From Bacillota bacterium (GTDB lineage: Bacteria; Bacillota; Clostridia; Christensenellales; SZUA-584), in contig JAEZKQ010000030.1 of assembly GCA_023436115.1 (NCBI GenBank), forward strand, positions 177,910-241,909: DNA of 64,000 nucleotides, written 5' to 3'. Positions 1 through 7,678 of the stretch are shown piece by piece (positions within the stretch are counted from its first letter, which is position 1; every line of letters begins with the position of its first letter). A model generated the notes under the pieces. It was not told where the DNA came from. It saw only the letters and a program-made list of their open reading frames with translations, and did no database searches. The position numbers and the translations under genes were made by a program.

Positions 1-356
1 ATTCTTAAATACATTAATACATCGGAGCGGCCCGTAAACTTGGTGACGTCTCTGTTATCAACGCCTACAAGCATAATATCGGTAACGCCTTCACCCTTAG
101 CAATGCTGGGTGCATTACCATTTGAGTAAGTCACCTCAGGTAAACCTTCAGCTTCAGGATCAACATCAAAATCATTTTCTGTGATCTCACTGGGATCAAA
201 TCCTAAATCGCCTGTCAGTTTTTCATAATTCATCCAGACATAAATGCCGAAACCAATCAGCAATACAATAAGCACACAAAAGATGATTGCCAATGTTTTA
301 ATTGTTTTTTTTCGTCCAGATTTTTTACCGGCTTGCGGTCTTTTTTCTACGTACAT
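1..356 (-). CDS. LytR/CpsA/Psr (LCP) family protein, N-terminal part; the gene runs off the window start
   Basis: Not in the ORF track. Reverse translation from ATG at 356-354 gives MYVEKRPQAGKKSGRKKTIKTLAIIFCVLIVLLIGFGIYVW...GVTDIMLVGVDNRDVTKFTGRSDVLMYLRI. That is a basic N-terminus, one TM helix, then the LCP-type 'xxLLxGxDxR...RSDxxM' motif. Confidence 0.7.
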   Translation of the reverse strand, partial: MYVEKRPQAGKKSGRKKTIKTLAIIFCVLIVLLIGFGIYVWMNYEKLTGDLGFDPSEITENDFDVDPEAEGLPEVTYSNGNAPSIAKGEGVTDIMLVGVDNRDVTKFTGRSDVLMYLR

Positions 357-827
357 TTTTATTTTCCTTTATACTAATAATCTAAGTATTAAAAACTTAA
401 CTATCTTTACAGTTAAAGATAACCATGTTATTTAGTTATTATAGATGCTTATAATGCATTACGCAAGTTTTTATTAATAATCAGTAAAGTGTTAATACAA
501 TGTTCACACTTGTCCTTTCTTAGACATAATGAATAAAAACTGGACGATCATATTAATTGCCTGGCCAATATTCATTCATCCGAAATGGTCTGCATTGTCT
601 TACCTTCCCAGATAGCACTTAACGTCGTGTTAACAACGATACGCCCCGGTGTAATATCAATAATTGATAAACGTTCAAGTAATGTGAATAAGCTTTGCAA
701 GCATCGTTAGCGCGTGAGTAATTTGTAAAGAACGAATTCGCCTATGCTCGCACCAATTCTCTTTCAATTTCGTAATATAGTATAGTCTGATATCAAGGCT
801 TAAAATCATATTATGGAGGTGTTGGTT

Positions 828-1034
828 ATGGGAAATGGCTTTGGATTCGGCGGCTGGGGCGGTAATAGCTGCTGCTGTATCATTCTTATACTGTTAATCT
901 GTTGTTGTTGCGGCAACGGGTTTGGCGGTATTGAAGGTGGTGGTTTTGGCGGGAACTGCTGCTGCTGGATTATTATTATCTTATTGCTGTGTTGCTGCTG
1001 TGGCGGAAATGGCGCATTCGGTGCGCAATGCTAA
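828..1034 (+). CDS. Gly/Cys-rich tiny membrane protein, YjcZ-like sporulation-type, internally duplicated
   Basis: ORF 813..1034. The first ATG lies inside the GGAGG Shine-Dalgarno, so the start is probably ATG 828 (MGNGFGF...). The module G-rich/CCC/aliphatic helix/CCCC occurs twice. A hairpin terminator follows. Confidence 0.6.
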   Translation: MGNGFGFGGWGGNSCCCIILILLICCCCGNGFGGIEGGGFGGNCCCWIIIILLLCCCCGGNGAFGAQC

Positions 1035-1116
1035 AAGCGTCAGAATATAAATTTTTTCAATAACCTCACAATGACAATGCGATTGGCAATGTACATACTT
1101 AGAGAGTTATTATTTT

Positions 1117-1132
1117 GGGCTTTATACAGCCC
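1117..1132. terminator. Bidirectional rho-independent terminator between convergent genes
   Basis: GGGCT(1117-1121) ttataca AGCCC(1128-1132), flanked by an A-rich run upstream and a T-rich run downstream. It sits between the + gene ending at 1034 and the - gene ending at 1167. Confidence 0.55.
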
Positions 1133-1166
1133 ATATTTTTATCATCTCAATTTTTAATACTGCTAT

Positions 1167-1526
1167 TTATAAATTGATATGAAAAAAAGTAGAAATGCTC
1201 TCTATCGGAATTTCTGCAATCGAGCCCAGCACAGTACAGCTGTTTTTATCACGGCGTCGTTTTAAACATATTTTATAGAATGGGCAGAACCGGTTTTCGC
1301 ATGTTCTGTTAACTTGCGGCGGCGGGCAGCCGATATCTGTCAATACTCTTACAATACTGTCTGAACACTCCAAAAGAATACCCGTTACAGCAGCGCCCTC
1401 CATACCTTCGCTCTCTGTAAAAATTGTGACAGTCGTACCTATGTACTGTTTGATATTTTTAACAAAAGTGTATTGATCGGGGCATGGCTCAATTTCCACT
1501 TTAAATATATTTTCATCATCCCCCAT
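1167..1526 (-). CDS. Cysteine-rich hypothetical protein, paralogue of 1648..1977 (putative spore coat/exosporium component)
   Basis: 119-aa ORF with RBS aaaggaggaacc upstream. It shares IGTTVTIFTES.G..G..VTG...C....VRVLT.IG and a C-terminal LGSIAEIPIESISTFFH block with the neighbouring ORF. Confidence 0.6.
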   Translation of the reverse strand: MGDDENIFKVEIEPCPDQYTFVKNIKQYIGTTVTIFTESEGMEGAAVTGILLECSDSIVRVLTDIGCPPPQVNRTCENRFCPFYKICLKRRRDKNSCTVLGSIAEIPIESISTFFHINL

Positions 1527-1588
1527 ACAAGGTTCCTCCTTTTACAACAGAGCTTAATACATCTTTATTCTGATTTGGCTGCTTTGTG

Positions 1589-1614
1589 ATAAAAAAGCCC
1601 CCTATGAAGGGAGC
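1589..1614 (-). terminator. Rho-independent terminator after 1648..1977
   Basis: On the minus strand: AGCTCCCT tcat AGGGGGCT followed by TTTTTTAT (plus-strand hairpin 1597-1614, A-run 1591-1596). Confidence 0.6.
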
Positions 1615-1647
1615 TTAATGAAATATAAATCAATATGCTATAAAGTA

Positions 1648-1977
1648 TTATACGGCATTGTGAACAAACGCAGCAATTCTATCAACCGGAATGTCAGCAA
1701 CAGACCCTACATTGCTTACGAAGCCACATCTGTTGTTAGGCCGAAATCCGTTACAGAAGCACGGACAATGAGATGAATTACACGCACTTCCCAAAGAACA
1801 ACAGGGAGCAGGTCCAATGCATGTAACCAAACGGACAAAACAGGGATTACACATGATCACAACACCTGTAATACCGCATCCTGATTCTCCGCCGCTTGTT
1901 GTATATATTGTAACAGTTTGACCTGTAAAGTTAGCAAGGTGTTCAACGAGGTTTTCTGTATATACGTTTCCTACCAT
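1648..1977 (-). CDS. Cysteine-rich hypothetical protein, paralogue of 1167..1526 (putative spore coat/exosporium component)
   Basis: 109-aa ORF with about 17 Cys. It has FTGQTVTIYTTSGGESGCGITGVVIMC..FVRLVTCIG and a C-terminal VGSVADIPVDRIAAFVH. RBS aagagaaaggagctc lies upstream. Confidence 0.6.
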   Translation of the reverse strand: MVGNVYTENLVEHLANFTGQTVTIYTTSGGESGCGITGVVIMCNPCFVRLVTCIGPAPCCSLGSACNSSHCPCFCNGFRPNNRCGFVSNVGSVADIPVDRIAAFVHNAV

Positions 1978-2500
1978 AATTAGAGCTCCTTTCTCTTGTT
2001 GCTATACTTGTTGTATTCTATGTTAAACTACTCAAATATGTTACATGGAATCATAGCTAGTGTAAGTCTATGGTTCTTTGAATAATTATGTGTTAATAAG
2101 ATATGGTAGTTAAATATGAGCACTGAATTGTATACGCGAAATCAGAAAAGATGCAATCAATAGCAGCATCTTTCCTGATTAATCCTTATTTTATTGATTC
2201 TACAAGCATGAAGCCTCATAAGATCTCAACGCCTTGACACAGATTCCATGATTGAACTGATGTCTGTGTTGTTGTCTTTTGGGCTGAGAAAGATTTATTT
2301 AAATCAAAAGCTATATAGAATAGCTTTTTACCAAGCATGAATGATCTATTAATCTGTCTATATGGCTCTAAGATTAATAAATATTCTGCAATATATCTTC
2401 CGCGTCCGCATCGTTTGAACGCAACTTTTGTTAAAGATGGCAATGCGGCTTTCTGAATTTTTCAAGAAAATCAACATACAGATCATTATGGCACCTTAAC

Positions 2501-2740
2501 TTAAAGCTCATCTGAGATCATCTGTTTGATTTCTTTTTGCTTTGGCAGCCTTCCCGTTGATTTCACCTTGCCATTGATGATGAGCCCCGGTGTGCTCATA
2601 ATACCTGCTTTCATGATTTCGGCCATATCGGTAATATACAGAACATTCGCATCGACGTTTAATTCCTTTACGGCCTTCATTGTTAATTCAAGTAACTTTT
2701 TGCAGGTGGTACACCCTGCTCCCAAAACCTTAATTTCCAT
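2501..2740 (-). CDS. Thioredoxin-fold protein (redox-active disulfide protein 2-like)
   Basis: 79 aa, MEIKVLGAGCTTCKKL... with an N-terminal CxxC. This small thioredoxin-like family is typically found next to ArsP-type permeases. Confidence 0.75.
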   Translation of the reverse strand: MEIKVLGAGCTTCKKLLELTMKAVKELNVDANVLYITDMAEIMKAGIMSTPGLIINGKVKSTGRLPKQKEIKQMISDEL

Positions 2741-2862
2741 GACATTCTCCTTTTATAACATGAAATCTTCGATAATCTCTTTAAGTGTAAGGGCTTTTTC
2801 TAACTTTGCCGTATGAATAATGAAGCCTTGGATTTTATCATATGGTCTCCCACAATTTTAGC

Positions 2863-3867
2863 TTATATCAGCCAATAACCAAAAGCATTAAACAGATAAC
2901 CGATAATCAATATACCCACGATGACGATAGCTGCAAAGATGACGAGGAGCCTAAACTTCACGACTTTTTTAAGCAGTATCATAGAAGGCAAAGAAAGCGC
3001 TGTGACAGCCATCATAAACGACAATACAGTGCCTAACCCCACACCTTTTAATACAAGTGCTTCGGCAATGGGCAGCGTGCCGAATATATCCGCGTACATG
3101 GGGACGCCAACCAGTGTCGCGATCAGCACCGGAAACGGGGTATTGCCGCCAAGTACCGTCAAAATGATATCTTGCGGTATCCAGTTGTGTATGGCTGCGC
3201 CGACACCAACGCCGATCAGTATATAGAGCCATACCTTCTTAATAATCGCCAACACCTGATCTATCGCGTAAACAGCCCGGTCACGACGTGTCATCTCGGG
3301 GCTTTCGATTTGGGCCGATTCATTCTGAAAGACAAACGGCTCCACATACTTTTCCAGCTTTAATTTGCTGATGAGTGTGCCGCCGACCACTGCAAGTATG
3401 ATTCCCACAACGACATAAGCTATCGCGATCTTCCAATTAAATATACTCGCAAGCAGCAAAACGGATGCCAGATCGACAAGCGGCGACGATATTAGAAAAG
3501 AAAATGTGACACCAATTGGCAGCCCCGCGCTCGTAAATCCGATGAATAAAGGTATTGATGAACAGGAGCAAAAAGGCGTGATCGTCCCAAGAAGCGCCCC
3601 CAGCGTATTCGCGCCGATGCCGTGAAATCGCCCCAAAATTTTTCTGGTGCGCTCGGGCGGAAAGTGACTTTGTATATACGATATGACGAAAATCAGAACG
3701 GACAGCAGTATGAATATTTTTATCGTATCGTAGAGAAAGAAGTGAATACTTCCCCCTAACCGTTCCCCCACGCTTAACCCAAATACATCCTGAACAAGCC
3801 ACTTAATAAGATCACTGAGCCATTGCATTTTTAAAAGCTGATTGTTCAGCCAGTTGAATATATTCAA
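2863..3867 (-). CDS. Permease, ArsP/DUF318-like (predicted organoarsenical or metal(loid) permease)
   Basis: 334-aa polytopic membrane protein with the characteristic TPFCSCSSIPLF motif. It lies in an operon with acr3 and arsR. Confidence 0.7.
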   Translation of the reverse strand: MNIFNWLNNQLLKMQWLSDLIKWLVQDVFGLSVGERLGGSIHFFLYDTIKIFILLSVLIFVISYIQSHFPPERTRKILGRFHGIGANTLGALLGTITPFCSCSSIPLFIGFTSAGLPIGVTFSFLISSPLVDLASVLLLASIFNWKIAIAYVVVGIILAVVGGTLISKLKLEKYVEPFVFQNESAQIESPEMTRRDRAVYAIDQVLAIIKKVWLYILIGVGVGAAIHNWIPQDIILTVLGGNTPFPVLIATLVGVPMYADIFGTLPIAEALVLKGVGLGTVLSFMMAVTALSLPSMILLKKVVKFRLLVIFAAIVIVGILIIGYLFNAFGYWLI

Positions 3868-3893
3868 AATAGACCCCCTTAAAGTTTAAAATA

Positions 3894-4964
3894 TCAGTCC
3901 TTATTGACAGCTTCCGGGAACCAACCCTGTGTACGGTTGGATATACGCACGAGCGTGAGCATGACAGGCACTTCCACAAGAACGCCGACGATCGTGGCAA
4001 GCGCTGCAGGCGATTGCAGCCCGAAAACCGAAATAGCCACCGCCACAGCCAGCTCGAAGAAATTGCTGGCACCGATCATAGCGCCCGGAGACGCAATATT
4101 ATGCGGCAATTTCCATGCCTTCCCCCAGCAATACGCGATAAAGAAAATGAGAAACGTTTGTAGGATGAGCGGCACCGCAATCAAAAGTATGTCTGTCGGC
4201 TGCTCCACGATCGTTCTGCCCTGAAACGAAAATATAATAACAAGAGTCAGCAAAAGTCCTATCACTGTGACATTACTAAACTTGGGTATAAACTTCTTTT
4301 CGAAATATACGAGGCCTTTTCGTTTTGTAATCAAGCTGCGAGAAATCCAACCGGCCGAAAGTGGTATGACAACAAATAGTGCCACAGACAAAAACAGCGT
4401 CGCCCACGGTATACCCACTCCTTGTACGCCTACTCCGCCCCAAATAAACAACAGGCCGACGATAGGCGCAAATGCGGGAAGAATGATCAGGTCGTTCGTG
4501 GCGACCTGCACCAGCGTATGGGTGGGATTTCCCTTTGTCAGATGGCTCCAGACAAACACCATCGCGGTACAAGGAGCAGCACCTAGCAGTATCGCCCCCG
4601 CCAGATAATCCTTTGCCGTTTCCTGCGGGATTATGGCTGCGAATATCACAAAGAAAAACAGGTAAGCAAGGCCAAACATTGTAAACGGTTTAATCAACCA
4701 GTTTGTGACCCAAGTAATGACAAGACCTTTTGGATTTTTACTGACATTTTTAATGCTAGCAAAGTCAACTTTGAGCATCATGGGGTAAATCATGAGCCAA
4801 ATCAGGATAGCGACGGGTATGGACACGTTGTAATACTCAAACTGTCCTAAAAAATCCGGTATCGCCGGAAGCCAGAGGCCAATGATCACACCGATACCCA
4901 TACATAAAATAACCCAGACAGTCAGATACTTTTCAAAAAACCCAATACCGCTTTTCTTGCTCAT
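3894..4964 (-). CDS. acr3: ACR3 family arsenite efflux transporter
   Basis: 356 aa, MSKKSGIGFFEKYLTVWVILCM..., 10-TM BART-superfamily pattern. It overlaps the arsR stop by 4 nt. Confidence 0.85.
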   Translation of the reverse strand: MSKKSGIGFFEKYLTVWVILCMGIGVIIGLWLPAIPDFLGQFEYYNVSIPVAILIWLMIYPMMLKVDFASIKNVSKNPKGLVITWVTNWLIKPFTMFGLAYLFFFVIFAAIIPQETAKDYLAGAILLGAAPCTAMVFVWSHLTKGNPTHTLVQVATNDLIILPAFAPIVGLLFIWGGVGVQGVGIPWATLFLSVALFVVIPLSAGWISRSLITKRKGLVYFEKKFIPKFSNVTVIGLLLTLVIIFSFQGRTIVEQPTDILLIAVPLILQTFLIFFIAYCWGKAWKLPHNIASPGAMIGASNFFELAVAVAISVFGLQSPAALATIVGVLVEVPVMLTLVRISNRTQGWFPEAVNKD

Positions 4965-5293
4965 AATGTTCCCTCCACATTTTTGTTTTCGCAGCGGTTA
5001 CAAATACAATCATGCTTGGAATTCAAAAGCCTTGTGAGAAAACGCATGAGTTCCTCCCCCCGCGCTTTATTAAGGCTGTAATGCATCCATGCTCCGTCTC
5101 GCCGGGCATCCACGATACCGCATTCGGTCAGTATTTTCATGTGGTAAGATAGTGTCGGCTGCGTAATGCTGAATTGTTCGAGTATTTTACACGCGCACAT
5201 TTCTCCGCACGAAATCATATCAATGATCCTAAGACGCGTTTCATCCGATAAGGCCTTCATAATAGGAACAAACTCGGCATAATCGTACTGCAT
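4961..5293 (-). CDS. arsR: ArsR/SmtB family metalloregulatory transcriptional repressor
   Basis: 110 aa with a winged HTH and the metal-site motif CGEMCACKI. It is the first gene of the ars-like operon. RBS aaggagatat lies upstream. Confidence 0.85.
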   Translation of the reverse strand: MQYDYAEFVPIMKALSDETRLRIIDMISCGEMCACKILEQFSITQPTLSYHMKILTECGIVDARRDGAWMHYSLNKARGEELMRFLTRLLNSKHDCICNRCENKNVEGTL

Positions 5294-5365
5294 ATATACG
5301 ATATCTCCTTATATATAGATATATCTCTATGAAATAGATAACTCTCTATATAAGTATATGCGCAA
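5294..5365 (-). promoter_or_regulatory. Putative ars promoter/operator (AT-rich dyads)
   Basis: A perfect 10-bp palindrome AGATATATCT (5317-5326) and further ATAGA/TCTAT half-sites lie directly upstream of the arsR RBS. Confidence 0.35.
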
Positions 5366-5421
5366 GGAATCAAATATGTCAATTTAATAAAAGAATTGAT
5401 GAATTTATGTGTACCAAAAAT

Positions 5422-5619
5422 TTATAGAAGCGAATCTTTGTTTGCGATCATTAAATATATGGATGTGATGATAGCTGCAATTCCGTCTAAAAAAAGAATA
5501 ATCTTAAAAAAACTATTGCCGACAAAGTTCATACCGGGGTTAAACTGATCGACAACAGCAAATGTGAGCAGCATGATAGAAAGTATAATACAAATATGCG
5601 GCAACAGTTTTTTAAACAT
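5422..5619 (-). CDS. Small membrane protein (2 TM), unknown function
   Basis: ORF 5422..5634. The first ATG is part of the GGAGG RBS, so the start is probably MFKKLLPHICIIL at 5619. It is coupled to the upstream gene. Confidence 0.45.
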   Translation of the reverse strand: MFKKLLPHICIILSIMLLTFAVVDQFNPGMNFVGNSFFKIILFLDGIAAIITSIYLMIANKDSLL

Positions 5620-5630
5620 GGAAACCTCCT

Positions 5631-6680
5631 TCATTCATCAGCAATGTAGAGTATATCGCTGGTGCCCCGCCCACCTTTATACGGACGGTTCACAAACTTC
5701 CCTTGAAACACCATTTCCGAAGACTGACCGCCGTCCAGGTTGAAAGCCACCTTGCATCCAATATCATAAAACAACTGAGACATTTGCTTTAATGTATATC
5801 CGTTGGAATAACCCGGCTGCCTGCCGTCTACCACCACAAAGCAGTAATGGCCCGGCTCATAATACCCCACAGCCGTACGCGGGTTGGCAGGGTTTAATGT
5901 GCTGTTGAATTCCTCCATAGGTTTTCCATTCTCCAGCAGCATCGGGCCAAATGTCCAAACCTGATATGCACCATCCTGTTTTATCTTCTCCATATCAATA
6001 GTCTGTGCCGTATACGTGTTCATACTGCCATCATAACTTAAGACAAGCGAATCTTGATAAATTTCTTCCCGGTACATAACACCGTTACGCACAACAGGCC
6101 CTGAATTCGTCCCGCTGTAATCACCGTTTATGGCAAGCACTGCTTTTTTTTGTCGTGCGATATCTAACGTGGAATCATGCATACCGCTTCCAAACCTATC
6201 TTTTGCAAATGCTGTTTTGAAATACTTTATATCGGCTAAATAAATATCAGCAATATAATAAGTGACTCCGTCGCGTTGAACGGTCTGAATGCTGATACTA
6301 ATTTTATCGCTTTTGTAGGAGTTGTCTGTCTGTTCAACATTGCCATCAGTGAATTTGTCGGCATATTTCTCCTTCCAGGTCAATTCAGGCGATTTTATAT
6401 TATGTAATGAATCCAAAAGATCAAGCTGATTTTCGCTGACTTCCTTTCCTTCCGTAATGAGCCCGGACTGTAAGGAACCTGGTAAAACTGTCGCATTTTT
6501 AGACAAATCCCGCGGCAAAAGAAAATAATACATTGAAAAGAAGTAGAGCGCAAATGCCGCCAGAACAAAATCATATATAATAGCGCGAATCAGCCACCGC
6601 TTTGTTTTTTTTCTTGACTGCTTATTGACTGATACCTCACTATCCATTTTTTTATAAGAGGTCTTATTATAATCCGTCAT
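5631..6680 (-). CDS. Phosphodiester glycosidase family protein (DUF2233/NAGPA-like), membrane anchored
   Basis: 349 aa with an N-terminal TM. The C-terminal motifs AINGDYSG, RTAVGYYEPGHYCFVVVDGRQ and AFNLDGGQSSEMVF are typical of this family. Confidence 0.65.
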   Translation of the reverse strand: MTDYNKTSYKKMDSEVSVNKQSRKKTKRWLIRAIIYDFVLAAFALYFFSMYYFLLPRDLSKNATVLPGSLQSGLITEGKEVSENQLDLLDSLHNIKSPELTWKEKYADKFTDGNVEQTDNSYKSDKISISIQTVQRDGVTYYIADIYLADIKYFKTAFAKDRFGSGMHDSTLDIARQKKAVLAINGDYSGTNSGPVVRNGVMYREEIYQDSLVLSYDGSMNTYTAQTIDMEKIKQDGAYQVWTFGPMLLENGKPMEEFNSTLNPANPRTAVGYYEPGHYCFVVVDGRQPGYSNGYTLKQMSQLFYDIGCKVAFNLDGGQSSEMVFQGKFVNRPYKGGRGTSDILYIADE

Positions 6681-6824
6681 TTATCCTTTTAAATCTTCAA
6701 CATATTTTTATGTATTTGTGCAGCTATGCTTATTTTATGCCATTCTGATTGGGTTTATCATGAGCCTATATGGTATAATAAGACAAACACTCCTCTCAAA
6801 GAGCAGCGAAATGCACCTTATGAT

Positions 6825-7334
6825 TTAATTGATTATGGAGCCCCCTGAATCAAAAAAAACGATCCTCGGCATAAGAACTGCCGCGATATCAATGAGTCCG
6901 AATGAAAAGTATTGATTCCTTCTTTTGTCGCTTGGTGAACCGGGATTGAATAACAAAATACCGTTATGAAATTGGCAATATGGGATATGGCTATGGCCGA
7001 ATATGATGCAATGGACATGATCATTTTTGAAGCAACTGGCCGCTCTGTCTTGTGTTTTTCCTACGCCATCATGTCCATGGCAGACGCCGAATTCAAAGCC
7101 GCCCAGTGTGATTATCTTTTTTTGCCCAAATTTTATTTTTAAATCAGCAGAATCCAGATTTCCGGCAACAGCGGTTACAGGTGCCAGTCTTTCAAGCTCT
7201 GTGATAACATTTCTATCCAAAATATCTCCTGCGTGGATGATATGATTGACTGTACAAAATGCTTGAAAAATGACACTTGGTAAACAATGGGGTTTAGAAA
7301 ACAAATGCGTATCTGATACAACACCAATCGTCAT
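6825..7334 (-). CDS. Metallophosphoesterase, YfcE/MJ0936 family
   Basis: 169 aa with motifs VVSDTH, HAGDI, GNLD, HGH and GHSH in canonical order. Confidence 0.8.
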   Translation of the reverse strand: MTIGVVSDTHLFSKPHCLPSVIFQAFCTVNHIIHAGDILDRNVITELERLAPVTAVAGNLDSADLKIKFGQKKIITLGGFEFGVCHGHDGVGKTQDRAASCFKNDHVHCIIFGHSHIPYCQFHNGILLFNPGSPSDKRRNQYFSFGLIDIAAVLMPRIVFFDSGGSIIN

Positions 7335-7389
7335 TGATTAAGCCCCTTATAAAAGCGGCCTCCTGATGATAAGCAGAAGGCCTTGATTT

Positions 7390-7536
7390 TTAGAAATCCT
7401 CACCGTTTTGTTTGGGGCTGCTGTCACGCTTGTACTGTATCACGTCCGCTATCATTTCGGTTCGTTTTGCGTTTGCCCCTTTTTTCCCTTTGCTTCCTTT
7501 ATTATCTCCGAATTGCTGATTCTTTTTATTTTTCAT
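7390..7536 (-). CDS. Small basic hypothetical protein (48 aa), below the ORF-track cutoff
   Basis: taGGAGGtgttacgATG; product MKNKKNQQFGDNKGSKGKKGANAKRTEMIADVIQYKRDSSPKQNGEDF. Strong SD at ideal spacing. Confidence 0.45.
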   Translation of the reverse strand: MKNKKNQQFGDNKGSKGKKGANAKRTEMIADVIQYKRDSSPKQNGEDF

Positions 7537-7678
7537 CGTAACACCTCCTACATTATTTTATCCTTCTTTTTGTTTTTCACTAAACTTAAAACGACAGTTT
7601 TCATCATTGAAAATCATTACCAAATTAAAATAACACCTTAAAATAACACCTTAATAAATATATAAGTATTGAATTCAA

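Noticed and set aside
244-435. 63-aa plus-strand ORF at the window start
   Set aside because: It lies antisense to the start and TM helix of the LCP gene (1-356) and is low complexity with no RBS. I treat it as a shadow ORF.
2216-2443. 75-aa minus-strand ORF downstream of the thioredoxin-like gene
   Set aside because: It has no convincing RBS and spans an AAAAGCTAT/ATAGCTTTT hairpin that looks like the operon terminator. The composition is not protein-like. It is possibly a relic but not supportable as a CDS.
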